From Alphaproteobacteria bacterium (lineage in GTDB: Bacteria > Pseudomonadota > Alphaproteobacteria > SHVV01): a DNA stretch of 64,000 nt. Positions 31,366-41,912 of the stretch are shown here, piece after piece; position 1 is the first letter of the stretch; each line of letters opens with the position of its first letter. The position numbers and the translations under genes are program-made. The notes below the pieces were generated by a model. That model was given only the letters and a program-made list of their open reading frames with translations. It searched no databases and was not told the DNA's origin. The stretch covers positions 4,704,001 through 4,768,000 of the forward strand of contig OZ253470.1 in NCBI GenBank assembly GCA_965261735.1, read 5' to 3'.

Positions 31366-33012
31366 GAGCGTGCGCCGCAGAAAGGTCCGCGCGGCAAAGT
31401 TGATAGCGGACGGGTTGTGGGTGGATTTGCGCAGGGGGAAGTATGATCCGATACGCCAGTTGCGTGTGGGAACTCCCGATGCCGACCACGTTTCGTGCCT
31501 ACCAGCCGGACCAACCCTTGCTTTTGCCGCCGGACTTGCAGGAGTGGGTTTCCCCAGGGCACCTGGCTCATCACGTCAGCGATGTGGTCGATGCACTGGA
31601 CTTGACGGCGTTCTATGCGCCCTACGAGGGGGACGGTCGACGCAACGCCCCCTACGAGCCGTCGATGATGGTCAAGGTGCTGATCTATGCCTACGCGACG
31701 GGCACATTCTCCTCGCGCGCGGTGGCGAGGAAGCTGGAGGAGGATGTAGCGTTTAGGATGCTCGCGGCGGGCAACTTCCCGCAACATCGCACGGTATGTG
31801 AGTTCCGACGCCGACATCTGGCGGAGTTCAGCGAGCTGTTTGTGGGGGTGGTGCAGGTGGCGCGCGAGATGGGACTGGCGCGGTTCGGCAAGCTCTCGGT
31901 CGACGGGACGAAGGTGCGAGCGAACGCGAGCAAGCGCAAGGCGATGAGCTATGAGCGGATGGGCAAAGAGGCGGCTCGCTTGCAGGCGGAGATCGAGGCG
32001 CTGCTGACGACGGCGGGGATGGTGGACGCCGAAGAAGACGAGCGTTGGGGCGAGGATTTCCGGGGCGACGAGTTGCCCGAGGAGTTGCAACGCAGGGAGA
32101 AGCGCCTGGCGGCGATCCAGGCAGCCAAAGCGCGTTTGGAGGCGGCGCAACGCGGGCGCGACGATGAGCGCGGGCGCGAGCCGGGGCAGGACCGCAATCC
32201 CCGGGGCGGGCGGCCTTACAAGCGGGCCTACGGCGAGCCCGAGCCGAAGGCGCAGAGCAATTTCACCGATCCCGAGAGCCAGATCATGAAGACCAGCAGC
32301 GAGGGGTTCCAGCAGTGCTACAACGCGCAGATGGCGGTCGATGGGGAGCACCAGATCATCGTCGCGACTCAGGTGGGGCCACAGGCCAGCGACCAGGGTC
32401 AGCTGGTGGGGATGCTCGACGAGATCAACGAGACGTTTGGGGTCGAGCCTGCGGTGGTACTGGCCGATGCGGGCTACTGCAACGAGCCGGATCTGTTGGA
32501 GCTGGAAGATCGCGGCATCGACGCGCACGTAGCGCTGGGGCGTGAAGGCAAGTCCCAGGTGGCGGTCGACCCGGCCCGGCTCCCTGCCACGCACCGCATG
32601 GGTGAGAAACTGGCGAGCCCCGCGGGCAAAGCCCGGTACGCGCAACGCAAGTGGCTCTCGGAGGCGCCGAACGGGTGGATCAAGGAGGTGCTCGGATTCC
32701 GACGATTCAGCCTGCGAGGCTTGGCGAAGGTGCGCGGCGAGTGGGACCTCGTGTGCTTGGCGTTGAACATCAAGCGGATGGGGACGGTGGCCACGTGCTG
32801 AGGCAGGTGCTGGCCTGCCAACGCACTTGATCCGGGGCGCGCAGTGCCCATCGACCGCGTATGAAACGCGAATCTCTTCCCTTCCGGCCTTCCGGTCTGG
32901 GATTTCCATCCCAGAGTCGGGCGGGCCAGATATCCACACTCGGGCCAAAATCCCACCTCTCCGGCGGCCGCGCGCCAATCGCCCAACATCAAAACTTCTA
33001 CGGCGCACGCTC
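31366..33012 (+). mobile_element. IS1182-family insertion sequence
   Basis: 17-bp IRs GAGCGTGCGCCG(C/T)AGAA, flanked by CTAG at 31362-31365 and 33013-33016 (target duplication). Confidence 0.9.
31479..32801 (+). CDS. IS1182-family transposase
   Basis: Q.LLLPPDL.EW, PYEP.MMVKVLIYAY, SSR, VDGTKVRANAS, TDPES, YNAQ, ADAGY and GFRRFSLRG motifs. Confidence 0.93.
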   Translation: MPTTFRAYQPDQPLLLPPDLQEWVSPGHLAHHVSDVVDALDLTAFYAPYEGDGRRNAPYEPSMMVKVLIYAYATGTFSSRAVARKLEEDVAFRMLAAGNFPQHRTVCEFRRRHLAEFSELFVGVVQVAREMGLARFGKLSVDGTKVRANASKRKAMSYERMGKEAARLQAEIEALLTTAGMVDAEEDERWGEDFRGDELPEELQRREKRLAAIQAAKARLEAAQRGRDDERGREPGQDRNPRGGRPYKRAYGEPEPKAQSNFTDPESQIMKTSSEGFQQCYNAQMAVDGEHQIIVATQVGPQASDQGQLVGMLDEINETFGVEPAVVLADAGYCNEPDLLELEDRGIDAHVALGREGKSQVAVDPARLPATHRMGEKLASPAGKARYAQRKWLSEAPNGWIKEVLGFRRFSLRGLAKVRGEWDLVCLALNIKRMGTVATC

Positions 33013-33051
33013 CTAGGGGGCAGAAACCTGGGGATATCTGCGTTTTCCCCT

Positions 33052-33081
33052 TTGACGCGCCGCCTGGGCGCGCTCTAGACT
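33052..33081 (+). promoter_or_regulatory. Candidate sigma70 promoter of hupB
   Basis: TTGACG-N18-TAGACT, located outside the IS. Confidence 0.4.
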
Positions 33082-33150
33082 TTTCCCGCAATTGGCTCTT
33101 CTCTCATGCTATTCGCCCGATAAATGTAATTTCCGAAGGGGGGGTTCATC

Positions 33151-33423
33151 GTGAACAAGAACGATCTCGTTGCCGCCGTCGCCGGGGCTACATCCATTAG
33201 CAAGTCCGATGCCGCGAAGGCCGTGGACGGCGTATTCGACGCCATTACGTCGAGCCTCAAGGGAGGCACGGACGTCCGGCTGGTCGGCTTCGGCACTTTC
33301 AGTGTCGCCAACCGCAAAGCTTCCGAGGGCCGTAACCCGCGGACCGGCGAAAGGATCAGCATTCCGGCGTCGCGCCAGCCCAAGTTCAAGGCCGGGAAGG
33401 CCCTGAAAGACGCCGTGAATTAA
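33151..33423 (+). CDS. hupB: DNA-binding protein HU
   Basis: MNKNDLV, GFGTF, GRNPRTG and PKFKAGKALKDAVN motifs. Conserved position after lon. Confidence 0.97.
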   Translation: MNKNDLVAAVAGATSISKSDAAKAVDGVFDAITSSLKGGTDVRLVGFGTFSVANRKASEGRNPRTGERISIPASRQPKFKAGKALKDAVN

Positions 33424-33444
33424 TCGGCACCCGTCCCCGACGTG

Positions 33445-33475
33445 GCCGGCTGCCCCTTTTGGCGGCCGGCTTTTT
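33445..33475 (+). terminator. Rho-independent terminator after hupB
   Basis: GCCGGCTGCC-loop-GGCGGCCGGC followed by TTTTT. Confidence 0.75.
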
Positions 33476-33520
33476 GCACTGTTGATCGGGGCGCCGAGCC
33501 TTGGCTAATCTAAGTGCCGC

Positions 33521-33596
33521 GGGCGATTAGCTCAGCTGGTAGAGCATCTCGTTTACACCGAGGGGGTCGGCGGTTCGAGTCCGTCATCGCCCACCA
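33521..33596 (+). tRNA. tRNA-Val (TAC)
   Basis: GGGCGAT/ATCGCCC acceptor stem, anticodon loop TTTACAC, GGTTCGAGTCC T-arm, encoded CCA. Confidence 0.97.
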
Positions 33597-33796
33597 CACC
33601 GCCGCGCGGCCCACCCCTCGGCCGTCTTCGATTTTGCTTGCAACCGATCCCGATTGCACTAGCCTCATGTCATCGCTTTTCGAGGACACGGCGTATCTGC
33701 TCCGTCGCGCCGACTAAGCTGCCATACCCGGACATCGGTGAGCTGAGACATCCTGGCAATGTGCTTGGATCGTGAAACGTTCGGAGACACACGACT

Positions 33797-34006
33797 ATGA
33801 CTACTGGAACCGTAAAGTGGTTCAACTCTGCCAAGGGCTATGGGTTCATCAGCCCTGACGATGGTTCGAAGGACGCCTTCGTTCATATTTCAGCCGTGGA
33901 GCGGGCCGGGTTGCTGGGCCTTACGGAGGGCCAGCGTATCGAGTTCGAGCTGCAGCGCGGCCAGAACGGAAAGTCCTCGGCCGAAAACCTGAAGGCAGTC
34001 AGTTAG
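33797..34006 (+). CDS. Cold-shock protein (CspA family)
   Basis: GTVKWFNSAKGYGFI and FVHISA motifs. Confidence 0.97.
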   Translation: MTTGTVKWFNSAKGYGFISPDDGSKDAFVHISAVERAGLLGLTEGQRIEFELQRGQNGKSSAENLKAVS

Positions 34007-34028
34007 CGCTTAGCGCTGTGACGAGAAG

Positions 34029-34058
34029 GGGCCGGCAGCCGCCGGGCCCATTTTTTTT
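34029..34058 (+). terminator. Rho-independent terminator after csp
   Basis: GC-rich hairpin followed by T8. Confidence 0.7.
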
Positions 34059-34081
34059 GCGGTGGCACGCGGTCGCCGGTA

Positions 34082-35278
34082 TCAGTCATCGCCGCAAACG
34101 ATGACGCCCCGCTCCGCCAGGGCCGCGACCTCCGGCGAGCTGTAACCCAACTCCTCAAGCACCGCTCGCGTATGCTGGCCCGCCCTCGGCACGTCGAGGC
34201 GCGCGCCGAGCCGGTGTCCCCCCATCTCGAGGGGCAGTGCCGGGACCCGGGTCGATCCTCCGCCCGGTAGCGACACCTCGATCAGGCCATCGCCGGCGTT
34301 GAGGTGCGGGTCCTCGAACAACTCCTCGGGCTTGGTGATGGGGGCAAACGGCAGTTCGCTCTTTTCGCACAGGTCGATGAGCTCGGCCCGGGTGTAGCGC
34401 CCGAACAGGTCGCGCACGATCGGCATCAGCCGAGGGCGCTGGCTCACCCGGCTTGGGTTGTCGGACAGGGTCTCGTCGGCCAGCAGTTCCTCTAGACCAA
34501 AGTTCTGGCAAAACAGGCGCCACTGGGTATCGGTGACGACGCCCACGAACAATTGCTCGCCGTCCTTGGTCGCGAACACATCATAAATGGCCCATGCCGA
34601 GAGGCGCACGGACATCGGCTCGGCCGGCCTACCGGTCACGGCGTACTGCGCCATGTGCTGGCCGACGAGGAAGGCATTGTTCTCGAAGAGCGAGCTCTTG
34701 ACGAGTTGACCGCGGCCCGTTGCCCAGCGCTGGTGCAGGGCCGCCAAGACGCCAATGGCCGCGAACATCCCGCCCATCACGTCGTTGATCGAGGCGCCGG
34801 CCCTCAGCGGTTGGCCGGGCGGCCCGGTCATATAGGCGAGCCCGGCCATCATTTGCACGACCTCGTCAAGCGCCTTGCGGTGCTCGTAGGGCCCGGAGAG
34901 GAAGCCCTTGAGCGAGCAGTAGATGAGACTCGGGTAGTCGGGCGCGAGCGCCGCGTAGTCGAGGCCAAGGCGGATCATGGCGCCGGGGCGGAAATTCTCC
35001 GTCATAACGTCGGCGCCGGCGATCAGGCGGCGCGCGACCTCCGCGCCGGCGGCCGCTCTCACGTCGAGCGCGATGCTCTTCTTGTTGCGATTGTAGGTCG
35101 TGAAGTAGCCGGCACCAGACCCCGTCAGTCGGCGGGTGTTATCGCCGTCGGGAACCGGCTCGACCTTGACTACATCGGCCCCTAGGTCGCCGAGCACGAG
35201 CCCGCACGTCGGGCCCATGACCATGTGCCCGAACTCGACGACGCGGATGCCCGTCAACGGCAACGGATCGCTCGTCAT
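34082..35278 (-). CDS. CaiB/BaiF (family III) CoA-transferase
   Basis: PLTGIRVVEF, GDLGADVVKVEP, NRNKKSIALD, ENFRPG and PRAGQHT motifs. True start is ATG 35278 or 35281. Confidence 0.93.
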   Translation of the reverse strand: MTSDPLPLTGIRVVEFGHMVMGPTCGLVLGDLGADVVKVEPVPDGDNTRRLTGSGAGYFTTYNRNKKSIALDVRAAAGAEVARRLIAGADVMTENFRPGAMIRLGLDYAALAPDYPSLIYCSLKGFLSGPYEHRKALDEVVQMMAGLAYMTGPPGQPLRAGASINDVMGGMFAAIGVLAALHQRWATGRGQLVKSSLFENNAFLVGQHMAQYAVTGRPAEPMSVRLSAWAIYDVFATKDGEQLFVGVVTDTQWRLFCQNFGLEELLADETLSDNPSRVSQRPRLMPIVRDLFGRYTRAELIDLCEKSELPFAPITKPEELFEDPHLNAGDGLIEVSLPGGGSTRVPALPLEMGGHRLGARLDVPRAGQHTRAVLEELGYSSPEVAALAERGVIVCGDD

Positions 35279-35492
35279 CATTGTCCTTCGTCCGCCATGT
35301 CGGGGGTGCCGACCCACTATAGGCCGGACGAGCCGCGCGCACGAGGATGGGGGCCGGGCGTGGGCCGGGGCGGAACGGTTTGCACGCACCTCGGAGGCGT
35401 GTAAACTCGTCGTTTCGTGCACGGCTGGAGCGGAGCGCAGATGACTGCGCCGGGTTGGCGCGAAGGGCTCAAGACCAACAAGGGAGGTCGTT

Positions 35493-36677
35493 ATGAGAGT
35501 CAGTTCTCGTTTAGCAACGTCGTTTACGGCGGTATTGGGCATCGCCATCGCCGGCGTGCTGGTTTCATCGCCGGCGGCGCTGGCAAGCTCGCACTGCAAG
35601 CTCGCGGGCGATCCCGTTCGCATTCCCGACATGGGTAGCTATAGCGGCCTCGGATCCTCCTACGGTGAAGAGTTCTGGAAAGGGATCAGGGCCGCACAGA
35701 AGATCGTCAACGAACAGTATTGCGGGATCAAGGGCCGGCCGCTCGAGTTCTACAAAGCAGACGCGCCCTATGAGGACCTGCCAGCGAACGTGACGATGTT
35801 CCGCAAGCTCGCTCGCGATCCCAGCAATATCATGATCTTCGACGCCAATACCTACTCGGTCGTCAACGCGATCCAGGATCTCACGAACGAGTTCGGGATC
35901 ACCCTGTATACCCATACCTCGGGCGGCCGCTGGAAGGGCGAGTTCCCAAAGTGGATCTTCCGCTCCTACTTCCTCGACCACACGTCGATGCCGGTCTTGG
36001 TGCCGCTGGTCAAAAATAAATTCAACGTCAAGAAGGCGGCGCTCGTGTTCTCGGTCGACGACGAGGGCATGGTGGCGCGCGCCGACGCCATGCGCCAGGC
36101 CGCCAAGGCCAACGGGATCGAGGTGGTCGAGGTCAGCTCCAAGTCGAACGAGCCCGATTTCTCAGCCCAGGTCACGCGCGTCAAATCCGAGAACGTGCAA
36201 CTGTTGATGACCGCGCAGCAGCCCCACGATTCTGGGCTGTTCGTGTTCCAGGCTCGGGGCGCCGGCCTCGACCAGCCGATCATCGCCGGCCCGGGCGCAA
36301 GCTTCAGCGACTACAAGAAGATGGGTCGCGAAGCCATCGAAAACACCTACTTCGTCGGCATGTACGATCCCACCGACACGCGGCCGTACGTTCAGACGAT
36401 GAAGGATGTATACAAGGAGGTGAACGGCGAGGAACTCACGACGTTCGCGGCGCTGACCGCAGACGCCGTGCTGATCCTGTCGCGGATTCTCGACGGGGCA
36501 CCGGCGCTGACCCGCGAGGGCGTGCGCCAGGCCTTCGCCTCGACGACATCGATCGAGGCCCTGACCGGCAACATCGGTTGGCCCGACGGCAAGGGTGAGG
36601 CGGCACGCTCGCGTGTAGCGGTGTTCCGCTGGATCGGCGGCGAGACCGAGCCCGTTCCCGACTCATTCTGGAAATAA
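35493..36677 (+). CDS. Orphan LivJ/LivK-like ABC substrate-binding protein
   Basis: Signal peptide, GIKGRPLEF, WIFRS and DFSAQVTRVK motifs. No cognate permease adjacent. Confidence 0.85.
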   Translation: MRVSSRLATSFTAVLGIAIAGVLVSSPAALASSHCKLAGDPVRIPDMGSYSGLGSSYGEEFWKGIRAAQKIVNEQYCGIKGRPLEFYKADAPYEDLPANVTMFRKLARDPSNIMIFDANTYSVVNAIQDLTNEFGITLYTHTSGGRWKGEFPKWIFRSYFLDHTSMPVLVPLVKNKFNVKKAALVFSVDDEGMVARADAMRQAAKANGIEVVEVSSKSNEPDFSAQVTRVKSENVQLLMTAQQPHDSGLFVFQARGAGLDQPIIAGPGASFSDYKKMGREAIENTYFVGMYDPTDTRPYVQTMKDVYKEVNGEELTTFAALTADAVLILSRILDGAPALTREGVRQAFASTTSIEALTGNIGWPDGKGEAARSRVAVFRWIGGETEPVPDSFWK

Positions 36678-36697
36678 CTAGAGCATACGTGTGACAC

Positions 36698-36733
36698 GGA
36701 CCCCGCCCGCCACGGGCGGGGTCCTATTTTTTT
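36698..36733 (+). terminator. Rho-independent terminator after the SBP gene
   Basis: GGACCCCGCCCG-CCA-CGGGCGGGGTCC followed by a T-tract. Confidence 0.8.
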
Positions 36734-36752
36734 CGAACCGGGAGCCAGGGAG

Positions 36753-38240
36753 TTGGCGATGACTGCAGCCGCCAGTGAAGCGGGTGATGCGGCCTCGATT
36801 AGGGCCAAGCTCGGCCACCCGGTCATCGATGGCGATGGCCACCTAATCGAGGTCGGGCCGGTCTTTCTCGACTACCTCAAGGAGGTGGCCGGCCCCGACG
36901 TGGTGGGCCGCTACACCCGGGCCCTCGAGGGTGCCTTCTTTCGCTGGTACGACATGTCGCCGCAGGAGCGGCGGCATCATCACGTTACTCGGCCCGCGTT
37001 CTGGGTCCCCACCGGCAATACGCTCGACCGCGCCACCGCCATGTTCCCGGCGCTGCTGCGCGAACGGATGGACGCGCTGGGGATCGACTTCTCGGTGCTC
37101 TATCCCACGGACGGCCTTCTGTTCCCGCTGCTCGCCGACGACGAGCTCAGGCTCGCCACCTGCCGCGCGGCCAACATCATGAATGCCGAATTGTTCGGCG
37201 GCCACGCCGACCGCATGACGACACCCGCGATCATCCCCATGCACACGCCCGAGGAGGCGCTCGCCGAACTCGATTTCGCCATCGGCGAGCTCGGCCTCAA
37301 GGCAATCTACATTTCCGGCACCATCGAGCGCCCCATCCCGGCCGCGCTGGAGGCAGCGCCGGAGCTGAGCGGCCGCAACCGTGGCTACTGGATCGATCCC
37401 CTCGGGCTCGACAGCGCGCACGACTACGACCCCGTGTGGCAGAGGTGCGTCGATCTCAAGGTCGCCGTCACCGAGCACACGGGCAGCCAGGGCTGGGTCA
37501 ATCGGGCCTCGGTGTCCAACTACATGTACAACCACATCGGCCACTTCGCGGCCTCGGGCGAGACCTTCTGCAAGGCGCTGTTCCTGGGCGGCGTGACGCG
37601 GCGCTTCCCGACGCTCAAGTTCGCCTTTCTCGAGTGCGGCGTGGGCTGGGCGTGCAGCCTCTACAACGACTTGATCGGTCACTGGGAGAAGCGCAACTTC
37701 GGTGCGCTGATGCGCAACCTCGACCCGGCGCGAATGGATCGCGCGCAGTTCGCGGACCTCGTCGAGCGCTATGCCGACGACCGGGTGAGAGCGCGAATCG
37801 ACGAAACCACGGGACGCGATCCCACGGCGCTCGACCCCGACCATCCGCAGAACTCGAGCGAGATCGACGAATGGGCGGCGTGCGCGATCGAGCGCGCGGA
37901 GGATATTCGAGATCTGTTCGTGCCCAATTTCTATTTCGGCTGCGAGGCCGACGATCCCATGACCGCGGTGGCCTTCAACACCCGGCTCAATCGCTTCGGC
38001 GCCCGGCTCAACGCGATGATGAGTTCCGATATCGGCCACTGGGATGTACCCGATGCGAGCCAAGTCCTGTGCGAGGCCTATGAGCTGGTCGAGCATGAAG
38101 TCATGACGGAGGACGACCTACGCGGTTTCGTGTTTACGAATCCCGTAGGCCTCCACACCGGCATGAACCCTGACTTCTTCAAGGGCACCGTGGTCGAGGA
38201 CGCGGTCGCGGGCCTGCTGTCTAACACGGCGCCGGCCTGA
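36753..38240 (+). CDS. Amidohydrolase_2 family protein
   Basis: HPVIDGDGHLIE, YDPVW, FAFLECGVGW, FGCEADD and SSDIGHWD motifs. The start may be ATG 36759. Confidence 0.88.
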   Translation: MAMTAAASEAGDAASIRAKLGHPVIDGDGHLIEVGPVFLDYLKEVAGPDVVGRYTRALEGAFFRWYDMSPQERRHHHVTRPAFWVPTGNTLDRATAMFPALLRERMDALGIDFSVLYPTDGLLFPLLADDELRLATCRAANIMNAELFGGHADRMTTPAIIPMHTPEEALAELDFAIGELGLKAIYISGTIERPIPAALEAAPELSGRNRGYWIDPLGLDSAHDYDPVWQRCVDLKVAVTEHTGSQGWVNRASVSNYMYNHIGHFAASGETFCKALFLGGVTRRFPTLKFAFLECGVGWACSLYNDLIGHWEKRNFGALMRNLDPARMDRAQFADLVERYADDRVRARIDETTGRDPTALDPDHPQNSSEIDEWAACAIERAEDIRDLFVPNFYFGCEADDPMTAVAFNTRLNRFGARLNAMMSSDIGHWDVPDASQVLCEAYELVEHEVMTEDDLRGFVFTNPVGLHTGMNPDFFKGTVVEDAVAGLLSNTAPA

Positions 38241-38311
38241 GCCGCAGGCTGTGCCGCCGCCGTGTTGCTTGACACCACGGGCGACGTTTGGGTAAACGGG
38301 CCTTTCCTTTA

Positions 38312-38389
<78 letters not shown>

Positions 38390-38602
38390 CCTCGTTGCAC
38401 CAAACGATCAGTGCCGGCCGGGCCGTGGTAACGGTCGCTGAAGCACTTGCCGAATAGTATGTGACGGCGCCTTCCGCGGCGCCTCGACGGGCCCTGGGGG
38501 AGCGGGCGCTCGGGCTCGGCAATGTCCCTTTTGTTCGCGCGGGCTCGGCACTATAATGCGCGCGGCGCGCGAGAGGGGCATTGGCGGGGGCGAACGCAAT
38601 CG

Positions 38603-38968
38603 ATGGAAGCAATGCTTCTCGAGTACTTGCCCATCCTTATTTTCCTTGCCATTGCCCTTGCGCTCGCAATGCTGTTCGTCGCCGCCCCCTTCGTGGCTGC
38701 GCGCCAGCACCCCGATCCCGCCAAGCTGTCCCCGTATGAATGCGGTTTCGAGGCTTTTGACGACGCCCGCGGCCAGTTCAACGTGCGCTTCTACCTCGTC
38801 GCTCTCCTCTTCATCATCTTCGATCTCGAAGTTGCCTTCCTATTTCCGTGGGCCATATCCCTTGGCGAGATCGGGATCTTTGGATTCTGGTCGATGATGG
38901 TCTTCCTCGCCATCCTCACGGTCGGGTTCATCTACGAGTGGAGGAAGGGAGCGCTCGAATGGGAGTAG
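38603..38968 (+). CDS. nuoA: NADH-quinone oxidoreductase subunit A
   Basis: [20 protein letters not shown] and [11 protein letters not shown] motifs. Confidence 0.97.
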   Translation: MEAMLLEYLPILIFLAIALALAMLFVAAPFVAARQHPDPAKLSPYECGFEAFDDARGQFNVRFYLVALLFIIFDLEVAFLFPWAISLGEIGIFGFWSMMVFLAILTVGFIYEWRKGALEWE

Positions 38969-39486
38969 CGGTTTCACCGGAACCGGCCCGGCCTGCGGCC
39001 GTCGGCCAGCTGCTGACGGACGAGCTCTCCGACAAGGGCTTTCTTGTGGCCAAGCTCGACAAGCTCGCCAATTGGGCGCGTACCGGGTCGCTGTGGCCGA
39101 TGACCTTCGGCCTTGCGTGCTGCGCGGTCGAGATGATGCAGGCCTATATGCCGCGCTATGACATTGAGCGGCTTGGCATGTTGCCGCGCGGCAGTCCACG
39201 ACAATCGGACGTCATGATCGTGGCCGGTACGCTGTGCAACAAGATGGCGCCGGCCCTGCGGCGGGTCTACGACCAGATGGCCGAGCCTCGTTACGTCATC
39301 TCCATGGGGAGCTGCGCCAACGGCGGCGGCTATTATCACTATTCCTACTCCGTGGTCCGGGGTTGTGATCGAATCGTGCCGGTGGACGTCTATGTCCCCG
39401 GATGCCCACCCACCGCCGAAGCATTGGTCTATGGCATACTCCTGCTGCAGAAGAAGATTCGCCGCACCGGGACGATTGCCCGGTAA
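38959..39486 (+). CDS. nuoB: NADH-quinone oxidoreductase subunit B
   Basis: [20 protein letters not shown] and VPGCPP motifs. Confidence 0.98.
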   Translation: MGVAVSPEPARPAAVGQLLTDELSDKGFLVAKLDKLANWARTGSLWPMTFGLACCAVEMMQAYMPRYDIERLGMLPRGSPRQSDVMIVAGTLCNKMAPALRRVYDQMAEPRYVISMGSCANGGGYYHYSYSVVRGCDRIVPVDVYVPGCPPTAEALVYGILLLQKKIRRTGTIAR

Positions 39487-39510
39487 ACGATCCGCCTCAG
39501 CATTTCCATA

Positions 39511-40128
39511 ATGGACGACGCGCTCACCGAACTCGGCGAAACGATCGCCGCCGCTCTGCCCGACGAGGTTACTGGGGTCAGCGTCGCCCTCGGCGAACTG
39601 ACGATCACGGCGAGGGCCGGCGCGATCATCAAGGTACTCTCGTTCCTGCGCGACGACACCGCTTGCCAGTTCAGGCTGCTGATGGATTTGTGCGGCGTCG
39701 ACTACCCGGAACGTAGCCCGCGCTTCGAGGTCGTCTACAATCTCCTGAGCCTGACCCACAATCAGCGCGTGCGGGTGAAGATCGCGGTCGACGAGAACGC
39801 CCCGGTGGCCTCGGCGGTGCCGGTTTACAGCGCCGCCGGCTGGTTCGAGCGCGAGACCTGGGACATGTATGGCATCCTGTTCTCGGGCCACCCCGACCTA
39901 CGCCGCCTCCTCACCGACTACGGCTTCGAGGGCCACCCCCTGCGCAAGGACTTCCCCCTCACCGGCTACGTTGAGATGCGCTATGACGACGAGGAGAAGC
40001 GCGTCGTCTACGAGCCGGTCAAGCTCACTCAGGAGTACCGGCGCTTCGATTTCATGAGCCCCTGGGAGGGCGCCGAGTACATCCTGCCCGGTGACGAGAA
40101 GGCCGGGGAGGGGGGGAGTGATGGCTGA
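39511..40128 (+). CDS. nuoC: NADH-quinone oxidoreductase subunit C
   Basis: ERETWDMYG and [10 protein letters not shown] motifs. Confidence 0.98.
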   Translation: MDDALTELGETIAAALPDEVTGVSVALGELTITARAGAIIKVLSFLRDDTACQFRLLMDLCGVDYPERSPRFEVVYNLLSLTHNQRVRVKIAVDENAPVASAVPVYSAAGWFERETWDMYGILFSGHPDLRRLLTDYGFEGHPLRKDFPLTGYVEMRYDDEEKRVVYEPVKLTQEYRRFDFMSPWEGAEYILPGDEKAGEGGSDG

Positions 40129-41299
40129 TCCCTTGATCAAGACCACGACCGTCAATCTCGGGCCCCAGCACCCGGCGGCTCACGGCGTCCTGCGTCTGGT
40201 CCTCGAGCTCGACGGCGAGATCATCGAGCGCGCCGATCCGCATATCGGCTTGCTCCACCGCGGCACCGAAAAGCTGATCGAGCACAAGACGTACCTCCAG
40301 GCGGTGCCCTATTTCGACCGGCTCGACTACGTCGCGCCCATGAACCAGGAGCATGCCTTCGCCCTGGCGACCGAGAAGCTGCTCGGAATCGAGGTGCCGC
40401 CGCGCGGCCAGTACGTCCGCGTCCTCTTTTGCGAGATCGGGCGGCTGCTCTCGCACCTGCTCAACGTGACGACCCAGGCGATCGACGTCGGCGCGGTCAC
40501 GCCAAGCCTGTGGGGCTTCGAGGAGCGCGAAAAGCTGATGGTGTTCTATGAGCGCGTCTCGGGTTCGCGCCTGCATGCCGCCTATTTTCGGCCCGGCGGC
40601 GTCCATCAGGACATGCCGGCCGGCCTCGCCGACGACATCAACGTCTTCTGCGACGAATTCCTCCCGGTACTCGACGACATCGAGGGACTGCTGACGGAGA
40701 ATCGCATCTACAAGCAGCGCAATGTCGATATCGGCGTCGTCAGCGCCGACGAGGCCATGGACTGGGGCTTCTCGGGCGTCATGCTGCGCGGCTCCGGTAT
40801 CCCGTGGGATCTGCGCAAGTCGCAGCCCTACGAGGTGTATGACGAGTTCGAATTCGACATACCTGTGGGCAAGAACGGTGATTGTTACGACCGCTATCTC
40901 TGCCGCATGGAGGAGATGCGCCAGAGCGTGCGCCTCATGAAACAGTGCCTCGAGCGGATGCCCGAGGGCCCCGTGAGCACCTCGGACAGGAAAATCGCGC
41001 CGCCGCCACGGGCGGAGATGAAGCGCTCGATGGAGGCGCTCATCCATCACTTCAAGCTCTACACGGAGGGCTACCACGTCCCAGCGGGTGAGACCTATTC
41101 GGCGGTCGAAGCGCCTAAGGGCGAGTTCGCCGTCTACCTCATCTCGGACGGGAGCAACAGGCCCTATCGCTGCAAGATCCGCCCCCCCAGCTACGCCCAT
41201 CTTCAGGCCTTCGAGCCGATGGTCAAGGGCCACATGCTCGCCGACTCGGTGGCCATTATCGGGACCCAGGACATCGTCTTCGGCGAGATCGACCGATGA
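40121..41299 (+). CDS. nuoD: NADH-quinone oxidoreductase subunit D
   Basis: [17 protein letters not shown] and DIVFGEIDR motifs. Confidence 0.98.
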   Translation: MADPLIKTTTVNLGPQHPAAHGVLRLVLELDGEIIERADPHIGLLHRGTEKLIEHKTYLQAVPYFDRLDYVAPMNQEHAFALATEKLLGIEVPPRGQYVRVLFCEIGRLLSHLLNVTTQAIDVGAVTPSLWGFEEREKLMVFYERVSGSRLHAAYFRPGGVHQDMPAGLADDINVFCDEFLPVLDDIEGLLTENRIYKQRNVDIGVVSADEAMDWGFSGVMLRGSGIPWDLRKSQPYEVYDEFEFDIPVGKNGDCYDRYLCRMEEMRQSVRLMKQCLERMPEGPVSTSDRKIAPPPRAEMKRSMEALIHHFKLYTEGYHVPAGETYSAVEAPKGEFAVYLISDGSNRPYRCKIRPPSYAHLQAFEPMVKGHMLADSVAIIGTQDIVFGEIDR

Positions 41300-41907
41300 G
41301 CGCGCGCGCCTCCGGCCCCATCAAGCAGCCCGAGTCCTTCGCCTTCACGCCCGACAACCAGGCGCGCGCCGACGCCTTCATCGCGCGTTACCCCGAGGGC
41401 AGGCAGCAAAGCGCCGTAATGGCGCTGCTCGACCTCGCCCAGCGCCAGTCGGGCGGCTGGCTGCCGCGGGCGGCGATGAACCAGGTCGGCGCGATGCTCG
41501 GTATGGCGCCCATCCGCGTCTACGAGGTCGCGACCTTCTATTCGATGTTCAATCTCGCGCCGATTGGCGAGCACCACGTGCGTGTGTGCACGACGACGCC
41601 GTGCCAATTGCGCGGCTCCGGCGAGGTACTGGCCGCGTGCGAGAGCGCGCTCGGCATTGGGCTCGGCGAAACCACGTCCGACGGCAGGTTTACCCTCGGG
41701 GAGGTCGAATGCCTGGGCGCCTGCGTCAACGCGCCCGTGGTACAGATCGGCGACGACTACTACGAGGACCTCGATCCCGCGCGCACCGCGGCCCTGCTCG
41801 AGGCGCTCAAGCAGGGCAAGCCGCCGCCCGCGCCCGGCCCGCAGATCGAGCGACAAACATCGGCGCCGGTTCGCGGTCAATCGACACTATTGGAAGCGTC
41901 GGGATAG
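41296..41907 (+). CDS. nuoE: NADH-quinone oxidoreductase subunit E
   Basis: [15 protein letters not shown] and [10 protein letters not shown] motifs. Confidence 0.97.
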   Translation: MSARASGPIKQPESFAFTPDNQARADAFIARYPEGRQQSAVMALLDLAQRQSGGWLPRAAMNQVGAMLGMAPIRVYEVATFYSMFNLAPIGEHHVRVCTTTPCQLRGSGEVLAACESALGIGLGETTSDGRFTLGEVECLGACVNAPVVQIGDDYYEDLDPARTAALLEALKQGKPPPAPGPQIERQTSAPVRGQSTLLEASG

Positions 41908-41912
41908 TCGGC

